A stretch of 64,000 nt of DNA from Candidatus Zixiibacteriota bacterium (GCA_014730345.1 WJIJ01000051.1:3592-67591); one strand, 5' to 3'; positions 18,523-29,305 are shown, counted from the first letter of the stretch. Program-made: numbers and translations. The notes: generated from the sequence alone by a model not told the origin.

Positions 18523-21500
18523 TGGAGCGCAAAGCCCTGATAACCTTTTATGGTATCTACAGGAAAGAGCTAAAGAGCTCGGATGTCTTTATAGAATCGA
18601 GGAAGTCCTCAACCAGCCGGATTCGGATTTAGAGGATGTATGCAAAATCGTAATTGAAGCCATTCCCCCCGGATGGCAGTATCCCGATGTGTGCGTGGCG
18701 AAAATAGAAGTAGGTGACGATGTCTATCAATCTGAAAATTTTCGGGAAACCGAGTGGGTTTTGAGCTCTCATATCGAAGTACAGGATAAGGTGGTTGGGA
18801 TTATAAGTGTTTATTACACAAAAGAGATGCCCAAAGCCGATATAGGACCATACCTGAATGAAGAGAAAAAGCTCCTGGGAACAATCGCTGACAGGGTTGG
18901 CCATTTCATTATGTACAATAATATGAAACAGGTTTTCCAGGATTACGAAGACGCGCGGGATGTTCTGACTACCCATCAGGAAAAGGAGTGGAGGGTCGCA
19001 CTGAACCTTCTTAAACAGACCGATAAAACACTGTATGTCAATATCTGCCGCCGGATGCTAAACCATCTGTGCTGGAGCGGAATAGAAGGATCCGATGACC
19101 TTCTAAAAAGCGCTTCTTCGATCAGTACCGACCAGGCCGAAAGACTTCCTACTGAGGATAACCGTCCCCACCAGAAAAGCCCGCTGGCGTTTTCGGATAA
19201 ACTCTGCGAGGATATATTTGCTATCGCTGATAAACATATCTGGGACGAGCAGATCCTCGGTTTTGTTCGCAAATGGATACAGGAAGACCGGCTTAGTTTT
19301 CTAACCAAGGTTTTAAGCCAGAACCTCCCCATGACCGAAGCCGCGGATGCCGTCCGTCGCTATATCCACCTTACCTCGGATGAAGTAGATCTGCCCCGGA
19401 ACACTAAAAGGGGTATTCAGATCGCGTTGATACGGCGTATGCTGTCCGACCAGATGTCCTATATTAATGTAGCGAATGATTTTATCGAAATAAGGGATTT
19501 CCAGGAGATTCTCGATAAATTAATATATCCTCCGGACAGCCATGGCCGTTTAGGCGGTAAAGCCGCGGGATTGTTTTTGGCGAAACAGGTCATAAAAAGG
19601 GGAGACGACAGTTTTCCGGAGTTGCAGGATATAAAAGTACCTAAAACCTGGTATATTGCTTCAGATGGGTTACTTGATTTTCTGCAGTATAACAACCTCA
19701 GCGAAGTGGTTGAGCAGAAATACAAAGATATCAACCAGGTCCGTGTTGAATATCCGCATATCGTGCAGATGTTCAAGAATTGCCGTTTCCCGCCGGAGAT
19801 TGTCCAGGGGCTTTCGGTTGCCCTCGATGATTTCAAAGATCAGCCTTTGATTGTGCGTAGTTCGAGCCTCCTCGAGGATAGAGCGGGTTCGGCGTTTTCA
19901 GGTAAGTATAAAAGCCTGTTTATCGCTAACCGGGGTACGAAACAGGAACGGCTTGAAACATTGTTGGATGCCATAGCCGAAGTGTACGCTTCTATTTTCG
20001 GTCCGGATCCCATCGAATACCGCGCTGAAAGAGGATTGCTGGATTTCATCGAGGAAATGGGTATCATAATCCAGGAAGTCGTCGGCACCCAGATCGGGAA
20101 TTATTTCATACCCTCCTATGCAGGCGTGGCATTCAGCAGAAATGAATTTCGCTGGTCGCCGCGCATCAAGCGTGAAGATGGCCTGCTCAGGCTCGTGCCG
20201 GGTTTGGGAACCCGGGCCGTGGACAGGCTCGGCGACGATTATCCGATTCTGATTGCGCCGGGGCAGACTAATCTACGGGTAAATGTTACACTTGAGGAAA
20301 TGGTCCGTTATTCTCCAAAGCAGGTTGATGTAATTAATCTTAAGAACAACACTTTCGAAACGGTTACGATTGATATACTTTTAAGGAGCGCCGGCGATGA
20401 ACTGCCGGGAATAGAAAAAATGGTTTCCATTTACGATGGCCACCTGATGCGCAAACCGATGGGATTTAACATAGATTTTGAAAAAGACGACCTGGTAGTG
20501 ACTTTCGATGGGCTTATATCAGATAATAAATTCGTAAAGCAGATACAGGGGATGCTGAAGCTTCTGGAGAAGGAGTTGAAAACGCCGGTGGATATCGAAT
20601 TCGCTTCCGATGGCAGGGACTTGTACATTTTACAATGCCGTCCGCAGAGTTCCACCGATACCGGCGCGCCTGCCAATATTCCCAAGAATATACCGGAAAA
20701 CCGGATTTTATTTACCGCCAACCGTTATATTTCTAATGGCAAGACTCCCGATATTACCCATGTTGTTTATGTCGATCCCCAAAAGTATGATGAGATCGAG
20801 GACCGCCAGCAGCTCCTCGCGGTGGGAAGGGCTGTGGGCAAACTGAACAAAGTACTGCCCAAACGGAAATTTATCCTCATGGGACCTGGCAGGTGGGGGA
20901 GCAGGGGGGACATTAAGCTGGGTGTCAATGTTACCTATTCGGAAATAAACAATACAGCCGTGTTAATAGAGGTTGCCCGCCAGAAGGGGAACTATGTCCC
21001 CGACCTTTCTTTCGGAACCCATTTTTTCCAGGATCTTGTAGAGGCCGAAATACGCTATTTGCCGTTGTACCCCGATGACGAGGGTATACTGTTCAACGAA
21101 GATTTCCTGTTGAACTCCGAGAATATCCTCTCGGAAGTCGCGCCCGAATGCGCGGACCTGGCTGACGTGATCCGCCTCATCGACGTTTCAAAATCAACCG
21201 GCGGGAATATCTTGAGGGTGCTCATGAATGCGGAATTGGAGCAGGCGATAGGAATACTGGACAAACCGTTGGTTGACCAGAAATCTCCATTGCCTGCCAA
21301 GGATTCCGAGGAGATCAAATCCAATGGAAACTACTGGGCATGGAGGTTAAGAATGGCTGAATACATTGCCCGGCACCTCGATCCCAATCGTTTTGGCGTG
21401 AAAGGCTTCTATGTAATCGGAAGCACAAAGAATGCCACCGCCGGACCGGCCAGCGATATCGACCTTCTGATACATTTCTCGGGTACTGATGAGCAGAGGG

Positions 21501-21709
21501 AAGATATGATGACCTGGCTGGAGGGCTGGAGCTTGAGCCTCGATGAGATGAATTACCTGGAAACAGGCTATCGAACCGGGGGACTGCTGGATATTCACAT
21601 CGTTACCGATGAAGATATAGAAAAAAAGAGCAGTTACGCGGTGAAGATCGGCGCGGTAACCGATGCCGCCAGGCCGCTTCCCATGAAAACAGCTATTGAA
21701 GGAAATTAA
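18515..21709 (+). CDS. Multidomain protein: GAF-like N-terminus, PPDK_N-type ATP-grasp, the shared C-terminal module, and a Pol-beta-type minimal nucleotidyltransferase domain
   Basis: GAF-like region (VCKIVIEAIPPGWQYPDVCVAKIEV...VVGIISVYY). PPDK_N motifs (GGKAAGLFLAKQ, VRSSSLLEDRAGSAFSGKY, LYILQCRPQ). Shared motifs (GPGRWGSRGD, FGTHFFQDL). C-terminal NTase signature (GSTKNATAGPASDIDLLIHF). Overlaps the upstream gene by 8 nt. Confidence 0.7.
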   Translation: MSDGAQSPDNLLWYLQERAKELGCLYRIEEVLNQPDSDLEDVCKIVIEAIPPGWQYPDVCVAKIEVGDDVYQSENFRETEWVLSSHIEVQDKVVGIISVYYTKEMPKADIGPYLNEEKKLLGTIADRVGHFIMYNNMKQVFQDYEDARDVLTTHQEKEWRVALNLLKQTDKTLYVNICRRMLNHLCWSGIEGSDDLLKSASSISTDQAERLPTEDNRPHQKSPLAFSDKLCEDIFAIADKHIWDEQILGFVRKWIQEDRLSFLTKVLSQNLPMTEAADAVRRYIHLTSDEVDLPRNTKRGIQIALIRRMLSDQMSYINVANDFIEIRDFQEILDKLIYPPDSHGRLGGKAAGLFLAKQVIKRGDDSFPELQDIKVPKTWYIASDGLLDFLQYNNLSEVVEQKYKDINQVRVEYPHIVQMFKNCRFPPEIVQGLSVALDDFKDQPLIVRSSSLLEDRAGSAFSGKYKSLFIANRGTKQERLETLLDAIAEVYASIFGPDPIEYRAERGLLDFIEEMGIIIQEVVGTQIGNYFIPSYAGVAFSRNEFRWSPRIKREDGLLRLVPGLGTRAVDRLGDDYPILIAPGQTNLRVNVTLEEMVRYSPKQVDVINLKNNTFETVTIDILLRSAGDELPGIEKMVSIYDGHLMRKPMGFNIDFEKDDLVVTFDGLISDNKFVKQIQGMLKLLEKELKTPVDIEFASDGRDLYILQCRPQSSTDTGAPANIPKNIPENRILFTANRYISNGKTPDITHVVYVDPQKYDEIEDRQQLLAVGRAVGKLNKVLPKRKFILMGPGRWGSRGDIKLGVNVTYSEINNTAVLIEVARQKGNYVPDLSFGTHFFQDLVEAEIRYLPLYPDDEGILFNEDFLLNSENILSEVAPECADLADVIRLIDVSKSTGGNILRVLMNAELEQAIGILDKPLVDQKSPLPAKDSEEIKSNGNYWAWRLRMAEYIARHLDPNRFGVKGFYVIGSTKNATAGPASDIDLLIHFSGTDEQREDMMTWLEGWSLSLDEMNYLETGYRTGGLLDIHIVTDEDIEKKSSYAVKIGAVTDAARPLPMKTAIEGN

Positions 21710-21716
21710 TTTCTTC

Positions 21717-22583
21717 TCAGATTAGCTCCCTTCGGGCTTCATTCAAATTTTCAGTATCAAATACAACCAGAGCGAGTTCAGGGCCGTCATGGGCCGCTGT
21801 AAAACAATATGTTTCGCCTATCCGGTCTTTCCATGAACCGGTCAGGCTGGCTGATTCGTGTATATGGCCATGAAGCGTAACCAGAGGTTGACGTTTTTCG
21901 ATAAAACGCCTGATGGCAATACTCCCCACATTGGGGTCGAGGGGAATATGGTCTATCATCTTGCCCTCGAGTGCCGCGTAATCGAGCTTGGTTTTATGGG
22001 GCGGGGAATGAAATAGAAATATGGCATTGCTTAAATCAGATTTGCCGGTGAGTTCGTCCAGGTCCTCTTTTATGGTGGCGAATTTAATCCTGTTGTCGCG
22101 GACTTCCATCGAATGAGAACCATCTTCCGGGGAAACGCAACCGGGATCTACATAACGGGAAACATCGTAACGCTCCCAATCCTTGAGCATGAAAGGGGTT
22201 GGGGGAACGAACGAATAACCATAGACGCTGTGCCTTCCAAACTCGAACCTCCGGTTATGGGCATAATGCCAAAGCCCCACATTGCTTTCGATTTGCTTTA
22301 TCAGGGGTTCCTCATACCTGCCATCATCATTGCCCAGTATGATAAAAAAATTCGGGTAATCGTTGCCTATTGCTTCACGTATGTTCAACAGTTCAGGCAC
22401 GAGATAATCCTCGAGGAAATCATCGTGTTGTTCATTTCCCGGCGTGGAAAAGGCGATTGCCGAGGGCAGGATATCTCCTCCCATAAAGACGGCGGCCGGT
22501 TTTTCATCTACTATTGCTGAAAATAGTTTTTCGTATCTATCGGTTAGTCCGTGCAGGTCTGAGACAAAGAAACATTTTGGCAT
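21717..22583 (-). CDS. Calcineurin-like metallophosphoesterase
   Basis: Motif I (FFVSDLHG), GGDIL, GNDD and GHIHE metal-binding motifs. The likely start is the ATG at ~22583 (MPKCFFVSDLHG) rather than the listed 22628. Confidence 0.8.
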   Translation of the reverse strand: MPKCFFVSDLHGLTDRYEKLFSAIVDEKPAAVFMGGDILPSAIAFSTPGNEQHDDFLEDYLVPELLNIREAIGNDYPNFFIILGNDDGRYEEPLIKQIESNVGLWHYAHNRRFEFGRHSVYGYSFVPPTPFMLKDWERYDVSRYVDPGCVSPEDGSHSMEVRDNRIKFATIKEDLDELTGKSDLSNAIFLFHSPPHKTKLDYAALEGKMIDHIPLDPNVGSIAIRRFIEKRQPLVTLHGHIHESASLTGSWKDRIGETYCFTAAHDGPELALVVFDTENLNEARRELI

Positions 22584-22693
22584 AATAAAACCTTCAGCTG
22601 AGTTCAATCCGCAAGGATAGCAAATCATTCACACCAAATCAACAGGATTAGGAATATTATTGCGCTATTTTAACATGTATTATAACTTAAAGT

Positions 22694-23476
22694 ATGGCTT
22701 ATTTCTATAAAAGCAAGCTGGAAAAGGATTTGGCAAGTAAGGTGGTTAAGGCTTCCGATGAGTTTAACCTCATCGAAGACGGGGATAAAATCGCGGTAGC
22801 TTTCTCCGGGGGGAAGGACAGCTATACGCTTTTGAGGATGCTGTCGCTCATCAAAATCAGGGGCAACAGGCGTTTTGATTTAACCGCGGTTAATATTGAC
22901 GCCGGATTCGGCGGCTATGATACTGATTCAATAAAAGAGTATTTTTATGAGAACAAAATTCCCCATGAAATGATCTTCTATCCCATAAAGAAGATCTCCG
23001 GTAAACTCCTGAAGAAAAATGAAAAGCTGTGCAGTTTCTGTTCAAGGATAAAGCGGGGGGTGATATATGATTATTGTCTGAAGGAGGGATTCAACAAGGT
23101 GGCATTGGGACATAATGCCGATGATGTTTTAGAAACCCTGCTTATAAACCAGATGTTTGCCGGGGCATTGCGGTCAATGCCTCCAAAACTCGCCGCCGAT
23201 GGAAAGCCTATTACGGTAATACGCCCCCTGTATTATATTTTCGAAGATGAAACAAAACGATATGCCGACGAGATGAATTTTCCGCTCGTAGAAAGCGAGT
23301 GCCCCGAAAGCGAAAAGGATGAGTTGAAACGAAATATAATTAAAAAGCTTTTAAATGAACTGGAAAAAGACAACGACCGGGTGAAAAATTGCTTGCTGGC
23401 ATCGGCGGGAAATATACACGCGAGATTCCTGGCTGATCCCCGTTTCAATAAATATTTGGATAACGGTAAGAGATGA
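22694..23476 (+). CDS. ttcA: PP-loop ATP pyrophosphatase of the TtcA family (tRNA 2-thiocytidine synthesis)
   Basis: PP-loop (AFSGGKDS), CxxC motif (CSFCSRIKRG) and a conserved GHNADD segment. Confidence 0.75.
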   Translation: MAYFYKSKLEKDLASKVVKASDEFNLIEDGDKIAVAFSGGKDSYTLLRMLSLIKIRGNRRFDLTAVNIDAGFGGYDTDSIKEYFYENKIPHEMIFYPIKKISGKLLKKNEKLCSFCSRIKRGVIYDYCLKEGFNKVALGHNADDVLETLLINQMFAGALRSMPPKLAADGKPITVIRPLYYIFEDETKRYADEMNFPLVESECPESEKDELKRNIIKKLLNELEKDNDRVKNCLLASAGNIHARFLADPRFNKYLDNGKR

Positions 23477-23934
23477 AATTTTTCTGTGATGATAATCTTG
23501 GCAAGCTGGCGAAACTTCTACGTGCGGCTGGTTATGATACATTGTTTTACAGGACCATCCGCGATGGTGAGCTGATATCCCGTGCGCTTAAGGATAAGAG
23601 GTTTATCATTACCCGCGACCGGGGGCTGATTGGCAGGGGTGCGCCGGAGGATGCTGTATTGTTAATCGAAGGTGATAACCCAGATGAGCAATTCGAGTAT
23701 GTTATTCTGCAAATGAACCTGCATCCCGAATATGAACGCTGGTTAACCAGGTGTATTGAGTGTAACAATGTCCTGTGCGTGGTTAACAGGAAAGACTATG
23801 TAGAGCAGATTCCCCCTTATGTTTACAAAACGCATGATGAATTCTACAGGTGTCCCGGTTGCGAAAGGCTTTACTGGAAAGGGACTCACCACAAGCGGCT
23901 GACCGAACGCCTCGGTGAGAGATTTAGAAAATAG
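23473..23934 (+). CDS. Mut7-C RNase-domain protein (PF01927-like) with a C-terminal zinc ribbon
   Basis: N-terminus (MKFFCDDNLGKLAKLLRAAGYDT) is characteristic of the Mut7-C domain. C-terminal CxxC...CPGC zinc ribbon. 4-nt overlap with ttcA. Confidence 0.75.
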   Translation: MKFFCDDNLGKLAKLLRAAGYDTLFYRTIRDGELISRALKDKRFIITRDRGLIGRGAPEDAVLLIEGDNPDEQFEYVILQMNLHPEYERWLTRCIECNNVLCVVNRKDYVEQIPPYVYKTHDEFYRCPGCERLYWKGTHHKRLTERLGERFRK

Positions 23935-25636
23935 GATACCCTTTTTCCTGGTCTATATCCCGGATTCGCTCGATGTTGTCATCGATTTTGCGGGGTATTA
24001 CACAATGCCTTTTTAAGAGTGTGGCAACTGTCTGAACCGCGCCTTCTTTCTCGGCGGAGATAACCTCGTTAGCGCCCAATTTTTTCAATCCTTCGATATC
24101 CATGATATAATTCGCCCGGGTGATTATGTGGACCTCTTTCGATAATTCGCGGGCTGACAAAATCGCTTGTTCCACGGCCGCCGTATCATTGATTACGATT
24201 ACGAACTCATTTGCCTCATGCAATCCTACCGATTCGAGAACCTCCACGCTGGTTATATCACCGAACATCGCCGGCTCGCCTTTGGAGAGGGCGCGATTAA
24301 CATTATCTATATTCAAATCTACAATTATATATTTAATCCCGCATTTCCGAAGAGATTTAGACAGCTCTTCCCCCGCGAACCCATAACCGCCTATGATGAC
24401 ATGTTCTTTGAGGGTTTTTACCTCCTCGTCAAATTTTTCATCCCCGTCGAACGCCAGCCTTTTGCCAATAAGGTTGATCCTCCCGGCTCCGGCGGCGAGG
24501 GAGGGACCGGAGGCGAGCAGTATGGGAGTTACTATCATGGTTAAAATCGTAACAGTGAGGAAATTGCCTAATAAAGTTTCAGAAATCAATCCCTGCTGGA
24601 ATGCCGACCTCGAAAGAACGAATGAAAATTCTCCGACCTGGGCCAGGGCAACACCCGCCAAGAGCGAAGCCCTCAACGGCATACGCATTATGATACCCGC
24701 GAGTATCACAATCACCGGTTTGAGTATGAGTATCGCCGCGAATAATGCGATTATAAGCAGAACATTTTCAGAGATGGCGCTTATATTCATCAGCATACCT
24801 ATTGACACGAAGAATATACTGGTGAAGACCTCCCGGAATGGAATAACATCGGATAAAGCTTGATGCCGGAATTTGCTACCCGCTACCACGATTCCCGCCA
24901 AAAACGCCCCAAGGGCCAGTGAAACGCCGGCGATTGAAATAAGCAGGGCCGTTCCGAGACTCATTATAATAACCGTAAGCACGAATAACTGCCGCTGGCG
25001 TGTTTTGGCTATCAGGTTCAGCAATGACGGAGCAACGATGCGTGCGGCTATGATGATTCCCGTTACAATCGCCGCCGATTTCAACAGGCTTATGATTAAG
25101 TCGGATGTAGACGCGCCTTTGCCGGCGAGGACCGGTATAAGGAGCATCATGGGAACCACGCATAAATCCTGAAAAACGAGGATGCCCAGGGTTATCTTGC
25201 CATGAGGAGCGTCAACTTCACCTCGCTCCTGAAGGCCTCGAAGCACTATGGCGGTACTTGATATCGCGAACATGCAGCCGAGGATAAAAGCTTCGTTGGG
25301 AGGGAATTTAAAATAGGCGGCAATTAAATAAGCCAATCCGGCTGTCAGGCCAACCTGGAGAGAGCCACCGATTAGAATAGCACGCCATAGTTTTTTTAAC
25401 CTGTCCAGCGAAAGCTCCAGCCCTATCCCGAAGAGCAGAAGGGCTACCCCAATTTCCGCAAGTACCTCGACCTGGTGTACATCGCCAATTATGCCCAGAC
25501 CCTTAGGACCGACTATCATACCGGCAACGATAAAGCCGGCGATAGGGGGGACCTTCAGCCGGTAAAGTAGGGCCACAACCACGACCCCGACGGTTAGTAT
25601 GATCAGGGTATCATATAAATATACTATTATATCCAT
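23924..25636 (-). CDS. Monovalent cation:proton antiporter (CPA2/Kef-type) with C-terminal TrkA-N/TrkA-C regulatory domains
   Basis: About 12 TM helices in the N-terminal 380 aa. Rossmann motif (IIGGYGFAGE) followed by a TrkA-C-like tail. Confidence 0.85.
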   Translation of the reverse strand: MDIIVYLYDTLIILTVGVVVVALLYRLKVPPIAGFIVAGMIVGPKGLGIIGDVHQVEVLAEIGVALLLFGIGLELSLDRLKKLWRAILIGGSLQVGLTAGLAYLIAAYFKFPPNEAFILGCMFAISSTAIVLRGLQERGEVDAPHGKITLGILVFQDLCVVPMMLLIPVLAGKGASTSDLIISLLKSAAIVTGIIIAARIVAPSLLNLIAKTRQRQLFVLTVIIMSLGTALLISIAGVSLALGAFLAGIVVAGSKFRHQALSDVIPFREVFTSIFFVSIGMLMNISAISENVLLIIALFAAILILKPVIVILAGIIMRMPLRASLLAGVALAQVGEFSFVLSRSAFQQGLISETLLGNFLTVTILTMIVTPILLASGPSLAAGAGRINLIGKRLAFDGDEKFDEEVKTLKEHVIIGGYGFAGEELSKSLRKCGIKYIIVDLNIDNVNRALSKGEPAMFGDITSVEVLESVGLHEANEFVIVINDTAAVEQAILSARELSKEVHIITRANYIMDIEGLKKLGANEVISAEKEGAVQTVATLLKRHCVIPRKIDDNIERIRDIDQEKGYPIF

Positions 25637-25722
25637 ATAAATAACGTCTTTAGAGTAAATCCTTTATATACTTACAGGAATCATACTATACATTTCTTGA
25701 TTAATCAACACAGAATTGTGGA

Positions 25723-28605
25723 TTATCGTCCGCCTACAGCCTGCGGTTCGGCTATCTTGCGATTCCTGCCCGCTTTTGGCTTAAGGCCGGGTTCTTTTTT
25801 CAAAAACGCCCCGGTGTAACTTTTATCATTGGCGGCAATATGTTCGGGAGTACCCGAAGCAACGACATACCCGCCTTCATCGCCGCCTTCAGGGCCAAGG
25901 TCGATTATCCAATCTGCGGTTTTGATAACATCGAGATTATGTTCGATAACAACTACCGTATTGCCCCGTGCGACGAGTTTATTGAGAACATTCAGTAACA
26001 TCTTGATATCTTCAAAATGCAATCCTGTTGTAGGCTCATCGAGGATGTATAAAGTGTTCCCGGTGGAAACTTTGGATAACTCTGTGGAGAGTTTTACCCG
26101 CTGTGCCTCGCCTCCGGACAGGGTGGTAGCCTGTTGTCCGAGATGTATATAACCCAATCCAACTTCTTTTAACGTCACCAGCTTACGTTTAACGACCTCA
26201 ATATTCTCAAAAAATTCCAACGCCTCATCAACGGTCATCTCGAGGATATCCGCTATAGATTTACCGCGATATGCGATTTCCAGCGTCTCCCGGTTGTAGC
26301 GTTTGCCCTTGCACGTTTCGCACTGGATGTAGATGTCCGGCAGGAAATGCATCTCGATTTTCTTTATTCCATCGCCCTCACAATCCTCACACCTGCCGCC
26401 CTTTACATTGAAAGAGAAACGTCCCGGACCATACCCCCGCAGTCTCGATTCGGGAAGCTTCGAAAAAATATCCCTGATGGGAGCGAATAATCCCGTGTAA
26501 GTTGCAGGATTGGAGCGCGGCGTTCTGCCGATAGGCGACTGGTCGATGTCTATTACCTTGTCCACATAATCGAGGCCCAGTATTTCATCATGGGGCAGTG
26601 GCTGGATTTTCGAATGATAGATCTTCTGGGCCGCCGCCCGGTAAAGGGTCTCATTGATTAACGTCGATTTGCCCGAGCCTGAAACCCCGGTTACGCAGGT
26701 GAAAAGCCCGATGGGGATATCAACTTCCGCGTTTTTCAGGTTGTTGCCCTTTGCTCCTTTTATTGTAATATGTTTATAATCGGGGACCTTACGATTGTCA
26801 GGTATGGGAATTTTCTTCTTGCCGGTAAGGTATTGACCGGTAATTGATCTTTTAGACTTTTTTATTTTAGCAAGCGTACCGGAAGCCACAAGTTTACCTC
26901 CCAATCTTCCGGCGCCCGGTCCCAGATCGATTATGTAATCGGCCGCTTCTATTGTTTCCTTGTCATGTTCGACGACAATCACTGTATTCCCCAAGTCCCT
27001 CAAAGACTCCAGGGTGTTAAGCAATCTCCGGTTATCCCGTTGATGGAGGCCGATAGAGGGTTCATCGAGAATGTATAAAACCCCGACAAGGCGCGAACCA
27101 ATCTGGGTAGCAAGTCTAATACGCTGTGCTTCGCCGCCCGAAAGGGTTCCGGCTGTTCTGTCGAGGGTTAAATATTCCAATCCTACATCCTGCAGAAATC
27201 CAAGACGCTGGGTAATTTCCTTTGAAACCTGGCTGGCGATTTTGGCATCAGCGGGGTTTAATTTAAGGCTTTTGAAGAATCCATATGCCTTTTTAACGGT
27301 CATGGCGGTAATCTCGGCAATATTAACGCCATGGATTTTAACCGCCAGGGATTCCTTTTTAAGCCTGCCCCCTTTACATTCCAGGCAGGGGCTTATAGAC
27401 ATGAACTGCTTTATCCATTCGCGAATCCCCGATGATTGGGTTTGCCGGTTGCGGCGGGCGAGATGGGGAATTATTCCCTCGAAACGGGACGTATGCTCAT
27501 GGACACCCTTGCCATTGCGGTGTTCCCAGCGGAAATTGAATTCCTCGTCCCCTGAACCGAATAACAGAATATTCCGGACCCGTTCCGGCAGGTCTTCAAA
27601 CGGGGTGGAAAAAGTGAAACCATACTTATTCGCAATAGCGCGCAAAAGATATTCATACCAATTGCCCCGCGGTTCGCCCCAGGGAGCGATTGCTCCCTGG
27701 TTGATACTTTTCGATGGGTCAGGGAGAACCAGTTTGGGGTCGATATCCATCTTGGTCCCCAGCCCGCTGCACTCCGGACAGGCTCCCAAAGGAGAGTTGA
27801 AAGAAAACATCCGCGGTTCCAGTTTTTCGAAAGATATACCGCAATCCGGGCAGGCAAAATGCTCCGAAAACACTATGTCGTTTTTACCGGGGATTTCAAA
27901 GATAACCGAACCTTCGCCTATGTTAAGAGCGGTTTCAACCGAATCAGCCAACCTTGCCTTAACCGAAGGTTTCATTATCAGCCTGTCAACGACTATCTCG
28001 ATATTATGTTTCTTGTTCTTGTCGAGATTAATGGGATTATCAAGCTCCATTATTGTGCCATCGACCCGTACGCGCACGAAACCATCTTTGCGCGCTTTTT
28101 CGAAAATATCCTTGTGTTCACCCTTCCTTCCACGAACTACCGGGGCCAGGATAATCGCCCGGGTCGATTCAGGCAACTCCAGCGCCGATTCTATTATCTG
28201 CTGTGAAGACTGCGGGTGAATCTCTTTACCGCATTTCCAGCAGTGTGGTATACCGATTCGGGCGTATAAAAGCCTTAAATAGTCATAGATTTCGGTTACC
28301 GTCCCAACCGTCGAACGAGGATTTTTAGATGCCGTTCTCTGCTCTATTGAAATTGCCGGAGAAAGGCCGTCTATAAAATCAACATCCGGTTTTTCCATCA
28401 AGCCGAGGAATTGCCGGGCGTATGCCGAAAGCGATTCTACGTATCGACGCTGGCCTTCGGCATAAATGGTGTCAAAAGCCAGAGATGATTTTCCCGAACC
28501 GGATAAACCCGTAACCACTATGAGCTTATTGCGCGGTATATTTATATCTATATTCTTTAAATTATGCTCTCGAGCGCCTTTTATGGTAATTTTATTGGAT
28601 GTCAT
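25723..28605 (-). CDS. uvrA: Excinuclease ABC subunit A
   Basis: Two ABC ATPase modules ([14 protein letters not shown]; [14 protein letters not shown]). Zn-finger cysteines. Two LSGGEAQR signatures. Length 960 aa. Confidence 0.97.
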   Translation of the reverse strand: MTSNKITIKGAREHNLKNIDINIPRNKLIVVTGLSGSGKSSLAFDTIYAEGQRRYVESLSAYARQFLGLMEKPDVDFIDGLSPAISIEQRTASKNPRSTVGTVTEIYDYLRLLYARIGIPHCWKCGKEIHPQSSQQIIESALELPESTRAIILAPVVRGRKGEHKDIFEKARKDGFVRVRVDGTIMELDNPINLDKNKKHNIEIVVDRLIMKPSVKARLADSVETALNIGEGSVIFEIPGKNDIVFSEHFACPDCGISFEKLEPRMFSFNSPLGACPECSGLGTKMDIDPKLVLPDPSKSINQGAIAPWGEPRGNWYEYLLRAIANKYGFTFSTPFEDLPERVRNILLFGSGDEEFNFRWEHRNGKGVHEHTSRFEGIIPHLARRNRQTQSSGIREWIKQFMSISPCLECKGGRLKKESLAVKIHGVNIAEITAMTVKKAYGFFKSLKLNPADAKIASQVSKEITQRLGFLQDVGLEYLTLDRTAGTLSGGEAQRIRLATQIGSRLVGVLYILDEPSIGLHQRDNRRLLNTLESLRDLGNTVIVVEHDKETIEAADYIIDLGPGAGRLGGKLVASGTLAKIKKSKRSITGQYLTGKKKIPIPDNRKVPDYKHITIKGAKGNNLKNAEVDIPIGLFTCVTGVSGSGKSTLINETLYRAAAQKIYHSKIQPLPHDEILGLDYVDKVIDIDQSPIGRTPRSNPATYTGLFAPIRDIFSKLPESRLRGYGPGRFSFNVKGGRCEDCEGDGIKKIEMHFLPDIYIQCETCKGKRYNRETLEIAYRGKSIADILEMTVDEALEFFENIEVVKRKLVTLKEVGLGYIHLGQQATTLSGGEAQRVKLSTELSKVSTGNTLYILDEPTTGLHFEDIKMLLNVLNKLVARGNTVVVIEHNLDVIKTADWIIDLGPEGGDEGGYVVASGTPEHIAANDKSYTGAFLKKEPGLKPKAGRNRKIAEPQAVGGR

Positions 28606-28705
28606 CTTATCTCCTGAAAATACAAACCATGAATATAATCTATACAGCGCTTAACATCAATAGGTTCTGTAAATAAAAAGAAATTAATATAAATCGTAGA
28701 AAATG

Positions 28706-28734
28706 TTGACAAACCTTGTGGTAATACATATATT
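28706..28734 (+). promoter_or_regulatory. Sigma70-like promoter upstream of the pilin gene
   Basis: TTGACA at 28706-28711, a 17-nt spacer, TATATT at 28729-28734. GGAG SD lies before the ATG at 28880. Confidence 0.4.
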
Positions 28735-28879
28735 TACACATGAGGGCCGGGACCACGGTAGGTGGAACATAGTTCTGGCTCTTGTTGTTTAATGTGCAGT
28801 GGTTGTAGAAGGTTATACAAAATATTGTCCCTGAGGTTCATGCAAACAAGTTATTATCTTTAAGAATAAGGAGCTGGTT

Positions 28880-29305
28880 ATGCTGAAGTATTTCAGAAAC
28901 GACCGGAAAGGTTTTACATTAGTCGAAGTTCTCGTGGTGGTTATCATTATCGCCGTGCTGGCCGCTATTGCGGTACCCATTTACCTTTCTTATGTAGAAA
29001 GCGCGCGCGCGGCCGAAGCCCAGGAGATGATAGGTTCAATACTGGCCGCCTCTAAGGTTTTCCAGTCGAGGTTTGGGCAAATTCCTTCGAATTATGAAGA
29101 GATGGAACGCCGCAATATTCTCAGGCTGGATCCCCTTTCGCTGAACAGGTGGACACCCGCGTGGCAGGTTGGATCGGTCGACGGTCAGCAACAGATAGCG
29201 GTAATTACATTAACCAGTACCGGTGAAATGCCTGGCGGCGCTGGTAAGCAGGTTACATACAACGCCATTACCGGCGAATACACGCCCGATAGCTACGGCC
29301 AATAA
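28880..29305 (+). CDS. pilA: Type IVa major pilin (prepilin)
   Basis: Class III signal motif (RKGFTLVEVLVVVIIIAVLAAIAVP) with a Glu at +5. Length 141 aa. Confidence 0.85.
   Translation: MLKYFRNDRKGFTLVEVLVVVIIIAVLAAIAVPIYLSYVESARAAEAQEMIGSILAASKVFQSRFGQIPSNYEEMERRNILRLDPLSLNRWTPAWQVGSVDGQQQIAVITLTSTGEMPGGAGKQVTYNAITGEYTPDSYGQ

Noticed and set aside
16774-21709. Interpretation as a split phosphoenolpyruvate synthase (ppsA)
   Set aside because: Neither protein has the phosphohistidine swivel motif (GGxTSHAAI) or a PEP-binding TIM-barrel C-terminus. Each has its own complete ATP-grasp, so they are paralogues rather than fragments of one gene.
27071-28219. 382-aa ORF on the + strand
   Set aside because: It is antisense within uvrA, whose identification is unambiguous. 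It is Ser/Arg-rich, typical of a reverse-frame artefact in a GC-biased gene.
28761-28800. Possible sigma54 (-24/-12) promoter upstream of the pilin gene (CTGGCTCTTGTTGTTT)
   Set aside because: The GG and GC elements are not at the required 10-nt spacing and the -12 TTGC element is absent. A sigma70-like TTGACA-17-TATATT fits better.
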